Assembly (NCBI GenBank): GCA_024137785.1
Contig: JAHRHZ010000140.1
Coordinates: 30,671,687-30,735,686 of the forward strand
DNA from: Ginglymostoma cirratum
Taxonomy: Eukaryota
DNA length: 64,000 nt
Reading direction: 5' to 3'
The notes beneath the pieces are model-generated. The model saw nothing but the letters and a program-made list of their open reading frames with translations, had not been told where the DNA came from and ran no database searches. Positions 37,000-48,469 of the stretch are shown here, one piece after another (the stretch's first letter is position 1; every line of letters starts with the position of its first letter). The translations under genes were made by a program, and so were the position numbers.

Positions 37000-38860
37000 G
37001 TCAAAGATATATTGTCAGAATGTCAGGAATACTCTGTAATTTAAGTTGGGACGCAGGTGATTTTAAACAGCATATGGTTGCTAGATTCAGATATGCTTGA
37101 TGCAAAAAGCCAACCATTAAGATTTGCGTAGCAACTGGGAACAGACTTTATAGACCGAACATATCAGGATTAACAGTTGAAGAGCTTAGAGTTCCCCAAA
37201 AGATAAAGATCACGTTAGAAGACCAATTCAGAGTCAGATGAAACTTCCTTGTTTATTGACTAGAATTCATACCATTTAAATAGAAGCCCACTGAATCTAT
37301 TGACCACTTGTGAGCAGATGAAGATAAAAGAGCTCATTATGAGATTTTGGATATGGGGAGCTGGCAAACAGAATTGTTGACTTGGTGATTGCATCCATCC
37401 CCATGGAACCTTTCCAGAAAGATTTGCTAGACAAATCAAAGAGTTATAGCATCAAAGAGCTGCTGAAGGATGGATGAAAGTATGAAGTAATCCTTACTGT
37501 TTGACATAGGTCCTTAGTGCAGGTGCAGAAAATAATTAGGAAAGCTAATAGAGCATTATTTATAGTGAGGGGAAAGTCTGAAGATAATGCTTTAGTTATA
37601 CAGGATACTAGTGAGACCACATCTACAGTATTGTGTATAGTATTGATTAACTTATTCAAGTATGAGTGTAAATGTGTTGGAAGCAGTTCAGGGAAGTTTT
37701 ATCAGACTAATACCTGGAATGAGTGGGCTGTCTTATGAGGAAAGGGTGGACAAGTTACACTTGCATCTGCTTGAGCTTAGAAGAGAAAGGGGTGACTTTA
37801 TTGAAACATATAAAATCCTGAGGGGTATTCCAGGACAGACGCAAAGAAGATGTTTCCTCTTACGGGAGAATCTAAAATTAGAGGTGACTAGTTAATAAAT
37901 TGTGGGACACCAATTGAAAACAGAGATTCAGTGATTTTCTTTTCTCTCAGAGGGTCATGAGTTTTTGGAACTCTTTCTTGAATAGGTGGTGGAAGCTGAG
38001 TTCTTGAGTAGTTTTAAGGCTGAGATGGATAGATAAAGAAGGGGGCAAAAGGTCACCTGGGGCAAGCATTAATGCAGGTTTTAGGTTACAATAGAATCAG
38101 CATGATCTTATTGAATGGCAAAGCAGATCCACGGGCTGAAGGGCCTACTCCATCTCTTCGTCCAAACTTGACAGTTGACTCAATCTGTAGAACGCTTAAG
38201 CATAGCAGGACATATGGGAGGTGTGACCTTCAGCATGTATCAAGGAAGTGCTCATCTTTCAATCAATTTTGCAAGACACGTGACAAAGAAGACCATTGGA
38301 AGAGGCAAAGCATTAGAACAAAGGCTGATACAGACACAAAAACCTAAACAGGCCCCGCACAAGGAGTACATTCAAGTTACAATGAAGACTGTCTGGCATC
38401 CCACCAGAGGCATATACATGAAGTAATCAACAAACTGGAATCTGATGATGTACATAAAGAGACAAAGAGCTGTAATCATGTGTTTCATGGTGTCAAACTC
38501 GTGGAAAACATCAATGTAACCGTTTCAACTAGTGTTTGAGAAAATTGAAATGATCTATCCTCAGAAAAATGGTGACTGTTCACTGCTGGTTAAGTTTGTC
38601 CCAGTGGCAAGTGCCAATTTACTACTTCTTAAAATTCTGAAACTAAAATGTACCCACAGACTTGAGAAGCAATGTCAAAACCTATAAATGTAGAACTATT
38701 TTCATGCAGTAGTTTACCAATTCCATGTGTAGGATCAATGGTGCTATAGAACAAGTATAATCATTCTGCCTGGAGGTCACTCTAAGTTGTAGACACCGCA
38801 GGACTAACAATTACAGGTATACCAACATGCCATGACCTTGCACTAGTCACAATGTATGGA
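37000..38860 (+). mobile_element. Decayed Ty3/Gypsy gag-protease region, split by a CR1 insertion
   Basis: KPTESIDH and ELANRIVDLVIASIPMEPFQKDLLDK...KYE (37358-37490). Degenerate zinc knuckle YGRCDLQH...CSSFNQFCKTRDKEDHWKRQS (about 38212-38310). LVKFVPVASANLL (decayed DTGASAN, about 38586) and VDTAGLTITGIPTCHDLALV. Confidence 0.75.
37516..38165 (+). mobile_element. CR1 LINE 3' fragment nested in Gypsy gag
   Basis: QVQKIIRKAN and LEAVQGSFIRLIPGMSGLSYEERVDKL...RRERGDFIETYKILRG (ORF 37662-37895). Tail is gggctgaagggcctactcc. Confidence 0.92.
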
Positions 38861-38874
38861 ATCAGTCTGTGACT

Positions 38875-39040
38875 CTATAACATTTCAAAGGCATCTGGAT
38901 CAGTATATAAATAGGAAAGGTTAAGAGGGATATGGGGCAAATGCTGGCAAATGGGACGAGATTAATTTAGGATATCTGGTCAGCCTGGATGAGTTAGACC
39001 AAGTGGCGCATTTCTGTGTGCTGTGCAACTCTAGGACTTA
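38875..39040 (+). mobile_element. CR1 LINE 3' tail (second subfamily)
   Basis: acatttcaaaggcatctggat...gagggatatggggcaaatgctggcaaatgggac...ggtcagcctggatgagttagacc...ctctaggact (TFKRHLD plus 3' UTR). Confidence 0.8.
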
Positions 39041-39139
39041 GTCAAATATCAGTGACACAACAGAAACTTGCAGCAACTATTCAAGAAGTACATGCATAAA
39101 TGAATATGAAAGAGGTATGGAATATTTCACCTTCTTCTG

Positions 39140-39730
39140 AATAATGGAGCTGATATGTCAGCTTTCTGCTGTAGAGAAAAACATACCAAAAGTTCAAGAG
39201 GAAAAGGCTGAACAACTGTCACAAGGAAAATCCAACTTAATAATGCTATCTCTGAGATGATGTAGTCTTTGGAGATACCCCTGCTTAGCTCATGAAGATG
39301 AACAAAGAACTGAAAGAGAAAGAAAGGAAGCATATTGAATGACAAACTCAAAATCATCAATTCAATGAAAAGCTTGCCAATTTACAAGAAGATCTGGAGC
39401 AACTTGCATATAAAACTGACCAGGCTCAGTAGGAGCAGCTACAAAGACATCAGCTTGAGTGCAAGACAATGATGGAGAAAATGACTGACTTACCAAAACA
39501 GGTGGAAATACATACTGCATACTACAAGGAGCAGCCCTTTATTCATATCTTTAATAAATAAATGTAAGTAATGATGTTGTTTTGAAAAAACACAAGGAGG
39601 TCACAGAAGAATCCAAACAACCACTGAAATAGCAAGTAGAAGAGGCCCAGAATTCAAAGAAGACAAAAAAAGAAGAAAAACCATTGACACCAATCAGATT
39701 TACTCAAAGGGTCAAACACCATTTGGCAGG
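39140..39730 (+). pseudogene. Decayed coiled-coil ORF of unknown origin (retroelement gag/ORF1 or processed pseudogene)
   Basis: 39292-39561 reads MKMNKELKEKERKHIE*QTQNHQFNEKLANLQEDLEQLAYKTDQAQ*EQLQRHQLECKTMMEKMTDLPKQVEIH..., K/E/Q-rich with heptad leucines. Flanking frames have similar composition. Confidence 0.55.
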
Positions 39731-40599
39731 AGGGGTGGTGCCTTGGAGTGAATTGCAAATGCCAGGGAAAGGTGAGACTGGTCTAGTGATAGCCTGGCAA
39801 ATTCTCATAAGGCCAAGAGGAGCATCAATGTCCAAGATACAGTTCTTTCAAAAATTACCTTTAGGGTGGTCTTGCATGACACAATCATGGACAACTGTGT
39901 AGATGACTGACTAACAGGATAAATTGAAGCTTACGTATCCTACACATTTCTCCATGCAAAATAAAACCAGATACAGCTGCAGTAGGATTCTGATTTGCAT
40001 ACCTAAAGAATACCTCATCTGTTTTGAATGGATTTGCCATATATTTATTTCAATGCCTACCTGGAAATAGACTAAGGCAGACAATTCATTGTCCAAAAGT
40101 CCCCTTAGATTTTCCTCTCCTTGTCATTCATTCTTTTAGGCAATTGAAAATTCCCATCAGAATTTGTAATCACCCTGGCGTAACCTAACCAAAGTGTTAT
40201 GACTGAGGTTGGGAAGAGGAGAGTGGTGCCATTCACCAAAAGTCAAACATGGTCTGGGTTTTGTGGGTTAAGGGGCCTTTGAAGATTGTTGGAATGATAT
40301 GTTATCCACAACCACTTCTGAAAAACTGTTTGTGTTTTGGGCTATGTATTGCAGTACGAACTAATTCACTGTAAAGTGCTAGGAACCTTGCATTTTCTAA
40401 TTTCATAGAAGACCTCCATATGAGTCATTTCACAGCAGGTACAGCAATACTAATTACAATGAATAATCTGGAGGCTTTAAATTCCTAGACTACCATGGCA
40501 AAATTGTGAAACCAAGCACTGAATTTCCCCATTTTCAGTTAGTAGGAACAGAAAGCACAGGAACAAGTTGCAGCCCAAGTTAGGGCATAGTTTTGACTA

Positions 40600-41085
40600 A
40601 AATGGGGCAACCAGCAGTACAGGAAGGAATGTTGTCTAGATCATCTATGCTCTATACCATCTTCTCTCCGCTACCACTCACTCTAACTCTGCCACTGTCC
40701 ATGCCTCTCACTAAGACCCACGGACTACAACTCTCATGATTGCAGATAATATGTCCACTCACCAATATGTTCTCACCACCTCACCTTCCCAAGCCATGAA
40801 CCCTTCCTACCCTCTGTAATCCCTACTTACTCACAGGGGACACCCTGTCACATTTCCTTTCTTGTGTTACTACAGACTGTTCTTCCATCCACTTCCATCT
40901 TGGCCAATCTTTTCCTTTGTTTTATTACAGGAAGCCTGGCCCACAACTGAACCAAGATATTCAAGACTGGCAGTGGGGTGGCAGACAGCAGGCTCCTCAC
41001 TCTCTGCAAGGAGAAGATTCTGGATTTGACCGGAGAAGAACAGAACAGTTCACGTGTGGATGGAAAGGTCTCAAGGGGCAACCAA
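40600..41085 (+). mobile_element. Harbinger Myb/SANT-like gene remnant (C-rich intron plus exon 2)
   Basis: Acceptor ttttattacag ends at 40930, then LAHN*TKIFKTGSGVADSRLLTLCKEKILDLTGEE (KxAHNxxExxxTGGG...LTxxEExxLxL pattern of Harbinger-associated Myb/SANT proteins). Confidence 0.6.
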
Positions 41086-42477
41086 CTCAGTGTGCTTCAT
41101 TCTGCGTTCTCCCATTGTCAACACAGTTAATCCATTCTTAATCTGTGGAAATTATGATCCATCTTCAGCAACCACTTTCGCCTCTTCGATTTTGCTGGCA
41201 CTAGTGACATCCAGCAAACCTGTCTCCCAAAGAGGCCTGTGCTAGTGACAGTGTGATCCACAACCATCTCTGAAGAGGAAGCCGCTCAGCCTCTGTGAGC
41301 TCTGAGACTTTATCTCAGCGAGACACTTTCTACTTTAAGATCAGGAACATAGATCACTGACACATCTCCACAATGGTTGAGGAAGGTCTCTGGCACAAAG
41401 GATTGCTGGAGACCAGTGCCAGGTAGAAAGTGAGCCCTTTTATCCCAGCCAGTAATGAGTTCATCAAAATAAACAGACAGGCAGGATGGTCAGAGCCATG
41501 CAGTTAACAGGATGGGGGGATAGATGATTCCACTGATGTTACCAGTTCCATCCCAGCTCCAGCATGTATTTAGCTGCTTCTATGGACAGTTTGTGATTAC
41601 CAAGGAAAACCAGGTCGAACATGTTCAGTGTGTGCTGGATATGCACATGAACCTGCAACACGTATCTTTAGCTCTAGATCCTGAGTGTCATTGGAAAGGT
41701 AAGACTTAGGGACTTTGACCTCACTTCAGGTACCCCTTCCCGTCAGAGAGACAGGCTGATGCCAGCAGCACCCACTGGGAAGAGGAGTGGCATCCCCAGT
41801 GCTTCTTCTCAGGATGCTGCAGAGGTAACCTGCTCATCTACCTACTCTCCAGCTTGTGACCCCCAAAGCCTGTACTCGTTCAAATTTGCAGGAGCCTGCA
41901 CCTGCATTTCAGCAGGGATTTCTTATCAGGTGTTGGCCATCTAATCCCAAAGGCAACAGTTAACAATCATCCAAGACTTCTAAGACAAAATGGCCACCAC
42001 AGAGCAGGCTTCTTCTACCCCAGCTGTGGAAATCAACTGCGCGCTAGGCTTAGTGGGAGGTTGAGTAAGAAGTAAACATACTGATGGCACGGAGGTGCTA
42101 TTGATGAAACACAGTGAATGACCTTTCACTTTGTAAATAAAAGTATATTTGCACTGTTAAGTATCTGTTATAGCATAAGTTTCATTGTTAGACCGAGTTA
42201 AGTCACTTTCATGTGAGGGTTGAGCGAACTCTCCAGACATCCTAAGGATGAAAGAAGTTATAAAGGCTCATTTCCTACAAGCACCAGACTCCTAGACAGC
42301 AGATGGCTTCAGCTGTCAGGGTTTTTTTATCTATAACATTGATAACTACAACCAAGGCATTGCACTTTAACATGGACAACACTGAGGCTAAAAGCTAGGA
42401 TCTGGTTTGCCCATATTATTCCCACTTAGATGAACCTGTAACTGAGAGGACAGTATCAGTGATGATTGCAGACATCT

Positions 42478-42553
42478 GCTGAGATGGTCTTCTCCAGCAA
42501 CTTCTGTTTTTGTTTCTGATTTACACCATCCACAGCTCTTTCGGTTTTAATGC
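42478..42553 (+). mobile_element. Very short Penelope 3'-tail insertion with 12-bp TSD
   Basis: tccagcaacttctgtttttgtttctgatttacaccatccacagctctttcggtttt is the reverse complement of 3463-3520. TSD ttgcagacatct at 42466-42477 and 42554-42565. Confidence 0.85.
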
Positions 42554-43075
42554 TTGCAGACATCTCTGCAAGGAGTGTTTCATTCAATGTGTCGCTTTTC
42601 AAGGGAGCTCACCATCATTCAAGGCTTGGAGATAAACAATTGGCAGTTGATATTTCCACTCACTCTCGTAGTGTATTGGTCCACAAAAAAAAAAGCTGTA
42701 TGAAGTGCTGCCTCTCACAGTTTCAAAACTGTCCTAAAGAATGTTCAAGTGTTTCAGGATAGCTTAGCAGTCTATGCACACTCTGAAGGATTACTGGTGA
42801 TGAAAGGGCCAACAGAAGATTTGTCAGGATTCCCTGTACCCTGCTGGCTAACATGTGAGACTCCACAGCATTACACTCAGATATCGTAACCTAACATATG
42901 CCTTTAGAGCTACCAAACTTTAGTGCCATGAAAAGTTAGTTCAGTGTCTCACTGACCGTTGCTCTTTCTGTAATAGTCAGTAGGATATGTCATGCGTGAA
43001 AACTTCTAACAGAGGATCACTTGAAGATACCTAGCATATATTCACATGGATTATGAGAAATTTATTGAGCAACAC

Positions 43076-43442
43076 AAATCCTAGGATGCCTTCAGTGCAG
43101 GAGGAGGCCATTCAGCCTATCTAGTCCACACTGACCCTCTGAACAGCATCCCATCCAGACCCAGCACCACCCCCCACCATTGTATGCCTTAACCCCACAT
43201 TTACCATGGCCAATCCACCTAGTCTACTCATCCCTGAATGCTACAGACAATTTCAGCACAGTGAATCCACCTAACCGTACATCTTTGGACTGCAGCAAGA
43301 AACTGGAGCATCTGGAAGAAAGCCACACAGATACAAGGAGAACATGCAAACTCCACACAGAGAGTCAGTGACCTGAGGCTGGAATTAAGCCTGGGTCCCT
43401 GGCACTGTGAGGCAGCAGTGCTAACCACTGAGCCACCATGCT
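43076..43442 (-). mobile_element. V-SINE (HE1-type)
   Basis: A box TGGCTCAGTGG (43435-43425), degenerate B box (43391-43381), V-domain and gctgaatggcct tail. Collinear with 2064-2372. Confidence 0.9.
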
Positions 43443-43779
43443 TCCTCAGTAGTCAAGGATTACTAAAATAACAAGGTCCACACCTCCTTTTCACTGAGCA
43501 GATGCAGCTTGCCATATTAGTAACAGAATACTAAAAAATTAAATGAAGCCCAAATGCAGCTCATTTATCCTCAGTTAGGTCATTTCTATTGTCCTGGACT
43601 CAATGATGACTTGTTTTGTCATATTCCCTCGGACAACCCTCCTGGTGAATGTCCTGATTGTCAGCTTCATCTTTGTTCTCATGAGATTATTGTTGTCCTC
43701 CCTTTCATCTGTATTCAGAACATCACTCACCTGAAGCCTGAATACAGCATGAATAGGTGTTGATTACTAATGACGTTTA

Positions 43780-45822
43780 ACTAGTGGGAGCCAACTCAGC
43801 TCACCACAGCTCCATTAAGAGTGGGCCTGTTTGAAGGTCAGTATGATAACTAAACTTTGCATGGTCAAGAAGGAGAACTCACACCTGGAGTGAGACAGAG
43901 CCTGAGTGAGTATATAGTTTGTAGAATTTGGAGGCAATGTGGGAATTTGATGTAGAGGGGAAGAGGTGTTTTTTGCTTTTTTTTTGGCTTATGGCTTGTA
44001 AGGGATTTTTTTAACAGGATAAATTGAAGGCCAGGATCTAGGCCTGGGGCAAAAGAATGAAATCGTCGATAAACTGTAAGTTCATTTGTTGGTGCTAGCT
44101 ATTAATTTGACTATCTATTCTAGGGTGTTTTCAGATTGAAGGTAAATAGAGGAAAGATTGACAGGATACAAACTAAAAGACCGGTAGTCAAGTTTAAAAA
44201 TCAAATTAAGAACTAAGTAAATAAAACAGAGATGCAGGCTCAGGTGATGTATTTTACCTGCATGATGTAGGGGTTGGTGAATCCCATTGTGATTCATACT
44301 GACCACATCTGCAGCAACTGTTCAGTTGCTTGAGGAGTTCTAGCTCAAAGTTGATGAGCTGGAGTCTGAAATTCAAACACAGTGACACATCAGGGAGGGG
44401 GAGAATTACCTGGAAGCTGTGTTTCAGGAGGCAGTCACACCCCTGTAGATTAACTACCTCGAATTCGGTCAGTGGTCAGGATCAGGTAGAGGGATTCCCG
44501 ACGTAGTGCTGAAGGACCCTCAGCCCTTGAGCTTGTCTAACAGGTTTGGGATTCTTGCTCCCTTTGTGCATGAGAGTGGAGACTGTAGGGAGGCTAAGCA
44601 AATTGCCCACAGCGCCAGGGTACGGGGAGCCATTCAATAGTGGGGAGAAAAGTGAAATGTAGTCGTAATTGGGGACAGTATAGTCAGAGGAATAGACACT
44701 GTTTTCTGTGGGCAGGATTGAGAATCTCGGAGGCTATGTTGCTTGCCTGGTGCCTCGGTTCAGGATATCTCATCAGGGCTGCAGAGGAGCTTGGAATGGG
44801 AGGGGAAAGATCCAGTTGCCATGGCCCATGTAGGTATCAACAACATAGTAGAAAGAAGAAAGAGGTTCTGCTGAGGAAATATAAGCAGCTAGGGGCTAAA
44901 TTATAAAGCAGAACCAGAAAGGTAATAATCTCTGAATTACTACCTGAGCCACGAGCATAGGGTCAACAAGATTAAAGGGGTAACTGTGTGGTCAAAGATT
45001 GGTGCCCGAAACGTCAAGTTTTCCTGCTCCTATGATGCTGCTTGACCTGCTGTGTTCATCCAGCCCCACGCTTGTTATCTGGGGAAGGAGGGAACTGTTC
45101 CAATGGGATATGCTTCACCTGAATTGTGCTGGCACCAGAGTCCTGGTGAATTGCATAACTTGGGCTGTGGATAGGGCTTTAAACTAAATAGTGACGGGGG
45201 AATGGGTTCATTTGTATGGAAAATTGTGGAAAACGTTAAATGAGGGGAAGGCTCAGCAGAGATTTAATAAAGTTTCCAGAACAAGTAATAGGACAGAGTG
45301 TATGGAAAGAATCAGGAATCTAATTTCAGGCACAGCAGATAAGGGGATGAATATGGGCAAGGGAGGCAGTCAATGCAGGACTGAGAGTGTTGTATTTAGA
45401 TGCATGCAGTATATGAAACAAGGCAAAATGTGTTTGTGCCACAGACCAAAATTGGCATGTACGATGTTGTGGCTATCATAAAGATGTGGTTGCAAGACGA
45501 TCAGGGCTGGGAACTAAATATCCATGGATATACATCCTATCGAAAGGACAGTCAGAGGGAGCGGGTTGGCTTGTGAGTAAGAAACAAAATTTAATCAATA
45601 GCAAGATGTGATAAAGGATTGGAAGACATAGAATCTGTGAGGGTAGAGTTGAGGAATTGCAAATGATAACAGGCCCTGATGGGCATTGTTTATAGGCCTC
45701 CTAGCTGCAGTCAGGATGTGGGGCAGGAAATAAATCAGGAGGTAGAAAAGGTTTGTAAGAAAAGCACAATGACAATAATCATGAGGAACTTCAATATAGA
45801 GATGGACTGGGAAAATCAAAAA
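43780..45822 (+). mobile_element. CR1 LINE 5' part: 5' UTR, ORF1 (zinc finger/leucine zipper plus SGNH esterase) and start of ORF2 endonuclease, decayed
   Basis: DHICSNC...KVDELESEIQT...HIREGENYLEAVFQEAVTP, VVVIGDSIVRGIDT (GDS motif, about 44660-44700), CLPGA, then LRVLYL, DVVAI..WL, GIVYRPP and IMRNFN. Confidence 0.9.
45005..45080 (+). mobile_element. Penelope tail fragment inserted in CR1 ORF1
   Basis: cccgaaacgtcaagttttcctgctcctatgatgctgcttgacctgctgtgttcatccagc...cttgttatc matches 46868-46942. Confidence 0.88.
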
Positions 45823-46481
45823 AAACTCATTAATCATTACTCTCTATTTCCTACCTCTCAGTCAATTCTGTGTCCATGTTGCAACTGTCTCTTTTATTCC
45901 ATGACCTCGCAACTTCCTCACCAGTCTCTTGTGTGACACCTTGTTCTGGATCTTCCAGCCAGGGACATCTACATCCCTGCATCCAGTATGTCAAGTCCAG
46001 TTAGAATTTGATATGCTTCAATGAGATTTCCTCTCATTCATTTAACTGACGAAAAATTTTTCTGATGAACATATGCTCAGTCAATGTAATCTCTCCTCAT
46101 ACGACAAACCTGCCATCCCAGGAATCAGTCTGGTGAACATTCAGTGCACTTGTTCAGTCGCGAGATTAACTTTTTGTAGTTAAGGAGACCATAACTAAAC
46201 ACAATGCTCCAGGTATGGTCTCACCGGGACCCTATACAGTTACAATAAGACTTCATTGCTCCTGTACTCAAATTCCCTTGCACTGAAGGCCAACATTCCA
46301 TTTGCCTTCCTCATTGTTTGTTGCATCTGCATGCTCGTTTTCAGCAACCAGTATATAAGAACTCTAAAGTCTCTTTGTGCATCAACATTTCCCAATCTAT
46401 CACAATTGAAAGGATGTGCTGCCATTTTGTCTTTCCTACTGAAGTAGACATTTTCAAACTTAGCCACATTATAATGCATCT

Positions 46482-46944
46482 TCAGCTTCAAATGCAGCTT
46501 CAAAATCTCCCCTCCCCCAACCGCATCCCAAAACAAGTCCAGCTTGTCCCCGCCTCCCTAACCTGTCCTTCCTCCCACCTATCCCTTCCTCCCACCTCAA
46601 GCCCCACCCCCATCTCCTACCTACCAGCCTCATCCCGCCACCCCCACCCCCCCCCACCCCCTTGACCTGTCTGTCCTTCCTGGACTGACCTATCCCCTCC
46701 CTAACTCCCCACCGACACTCACCTTTACTGGCTCCATCCCTGCATCTTTCACCTGTCTGTCTCCTCTCCATCTATCTTCTCCTTTATCCATCTTCTATCC
46801 GCCTCCCCCACTCCCTATTTATTTCAGAATCCCCTTCCCCTCCCCCATTTCTGAAGAAGGGTTTCGGCCCGAAACGTCAGCTTTCCTGCTCCTCTGATGC
46901 TGCTTGGCCTGCTGTGTTCATCCAGCTCTACACCTTGTTATCCC
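46482..46944 (+). mobile_element. Penelope 3' terminal repeat (second family), 11-bp TSD
   Basis: Pyrimidine-rich body nearly collinear with 55289-55655, with a hammerhead motif. TSD ataatgcatct at 46471-46481 and 46945-46955. Confidence 0.9.
46851..46880 (+). ncRNA. Minimal hammerhead ribozyme-like motif, core intact
   Basis: CTGAAGA-A-GGGtttcggCCC-GAAA-CGTC has both core boxes, stem II, the ACGT palindrome and a GUC triplet. Stem I pairing is weak. Confidence 0.65.
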
Positions 46945-47804
46945 ATAATGCATCTGCTGTTCATTTTTCCACTCACTCAATTTGTCTAAATTGCCTTGAA
47001 GGCTCTTTACATTCCCTTAGACACTTGCAATGCCACCTAGTTTTGTGTCATCAGCAAGCTTGAAAATACTACCTTCGATTCCCTGATCCAAATCATTGGT
47101 ATAAATTGTGAATAGCTGGAGCCCAAATACTGAACCATGTGGCACCTCACCAGTCACTGTTTTACACGTTGAAAAAGACCCGTGTGTTCCTATGCTTTGT
47201 TTCCTTAACATCACTTGGCATTACATCCTCATTCTTAAGAAAAAACTTGAAGCTATCACATACATCACAAAAGAAGAAATTAGCAATTGTTTATTGATGC
47301 TTTTCTCTGTCTTGCTTCTGTGCAGGAATTTGCTGCCATATAAGTGCATCAAGCACTTTAAGTGACAACGTTCAGGCTCCCCAAACAATTAATGCTTTCA
47401 GAGGACAGAGATTCTGCCCTGAAAGCTGCTGGCTAATCAGGGGTTGGCAACTGTCCATTGACCACATGCCATGGGGAACAGTGAAGTGTCACTAACAGTG
47501 CAGCAGAGCCCTAACCAGACATTGGTGGGTAGGTGGTGTGTGATGGGGGTCATAGGCTGGCGTGACTGGTGAGGTGAGGGGTTGAAAGTTGAATGCATTG
47601 GAGGGGGTCAGGCTTTCAGCAACCCTTTCTTTCTGTTTCCAAATCTATCAATTCAATATGAGGGCACAGGCATACCCAACAGGATTTGCATGGCTGCCCT
47701 TAGGAGCCTGTGATGGTCCCATTAAATCGCTGAGCCGCTGCTAAATTTGAGTAGACTCAAGGATATTTGGCTCCAAGTGACTCAGTCACCTCAATGACTG
47801 CCAA

Positions 47805-48328
47805 CTATTTACAAGATACAACTCAGGAGTGTGCTGGAATACTCTCCTCTTGCCTGGATGATTATAACTCCAATAATATTCAGGAAGCTGAATACCATCC
47901 ATGGCAGAGCAGCCACTTGATTGGCACCCCGTCCACCACCTTCAACATTCACTCCCTTCACCACTGATATACAATGGCAACAGGCTGCACCATCTACATG
48001 TAACTCATGAAGGCTCCTTCGTCAGCACTTTCCAAACCCAAGATCATTTTAGTGGAAGGGCAAGGGCAGCAGGTGTATGCACACACCATCAACTACCTGC
48101 TCCCCTTGAAGTCATGTATCTCCAGATTTGGACGCATATTGCCATTCCTTCATTGTCACTTGGACAAAATCCTGGAATTTTCTCCCTTGAAGAACTGTAT
48201 CCAAAGCCCATGGATTTCAGTGGTTCAAGAAGGCAGCTCACCACCATCTTCTCAAGGCCAATTAGGATAGGCAAGGAGTGCTGGCCTTGCCAATGACGCA
48301 CATATTCCATGAATTAATTTTTAAAAAT
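47805..48328 (+). mobile_element. CR1-group LINE 3' end (same family as 12003-12400)
   Basis: Reads EYSPLAWM...KLNTIHGRAATxIG...IHSLHH. 3' part collinear with 12003-12400. Confidence 0.8.
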
Positions 48329-48469
48329 GTGCTAAAGTAGACATAATGATAAAGACAATATATAGAATAATAAACCAGCAAATGTTGTCAGTGTCAATCT
48401 GGGATTAATTTTATTCAGTAATTACAGTGCAAATCAGTGACTTGATCCTAATGGTTGTATTTGAAGGAA

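Larger units (their letters stand above)
45830..47215 (-). mobile_element. CR1 LINE ORF2 RT fragments (two pieces: about 45830-45943 and 45945-47215), interrupted by a PLE tail
   Basis: ORF 47017-47214 has GEVPHGSVFGLQLFTIYTNDLD...KLADDTKLGG. ORF 46240-46536 has QRDFRVL...RKANGMLAF..REFEYRS. 45943-45830 reads KVSHKRLVRKLRGHGI. Confidence 0.9.

Noticed and set aside
43381-43442. tRNA gene (A and B boxes)
   Set aside because: It is the head of a V-SINE with a degenerate B box and no cloverleaf. The same applies to 2300-2372, 35850-35915 and 54056-54140.
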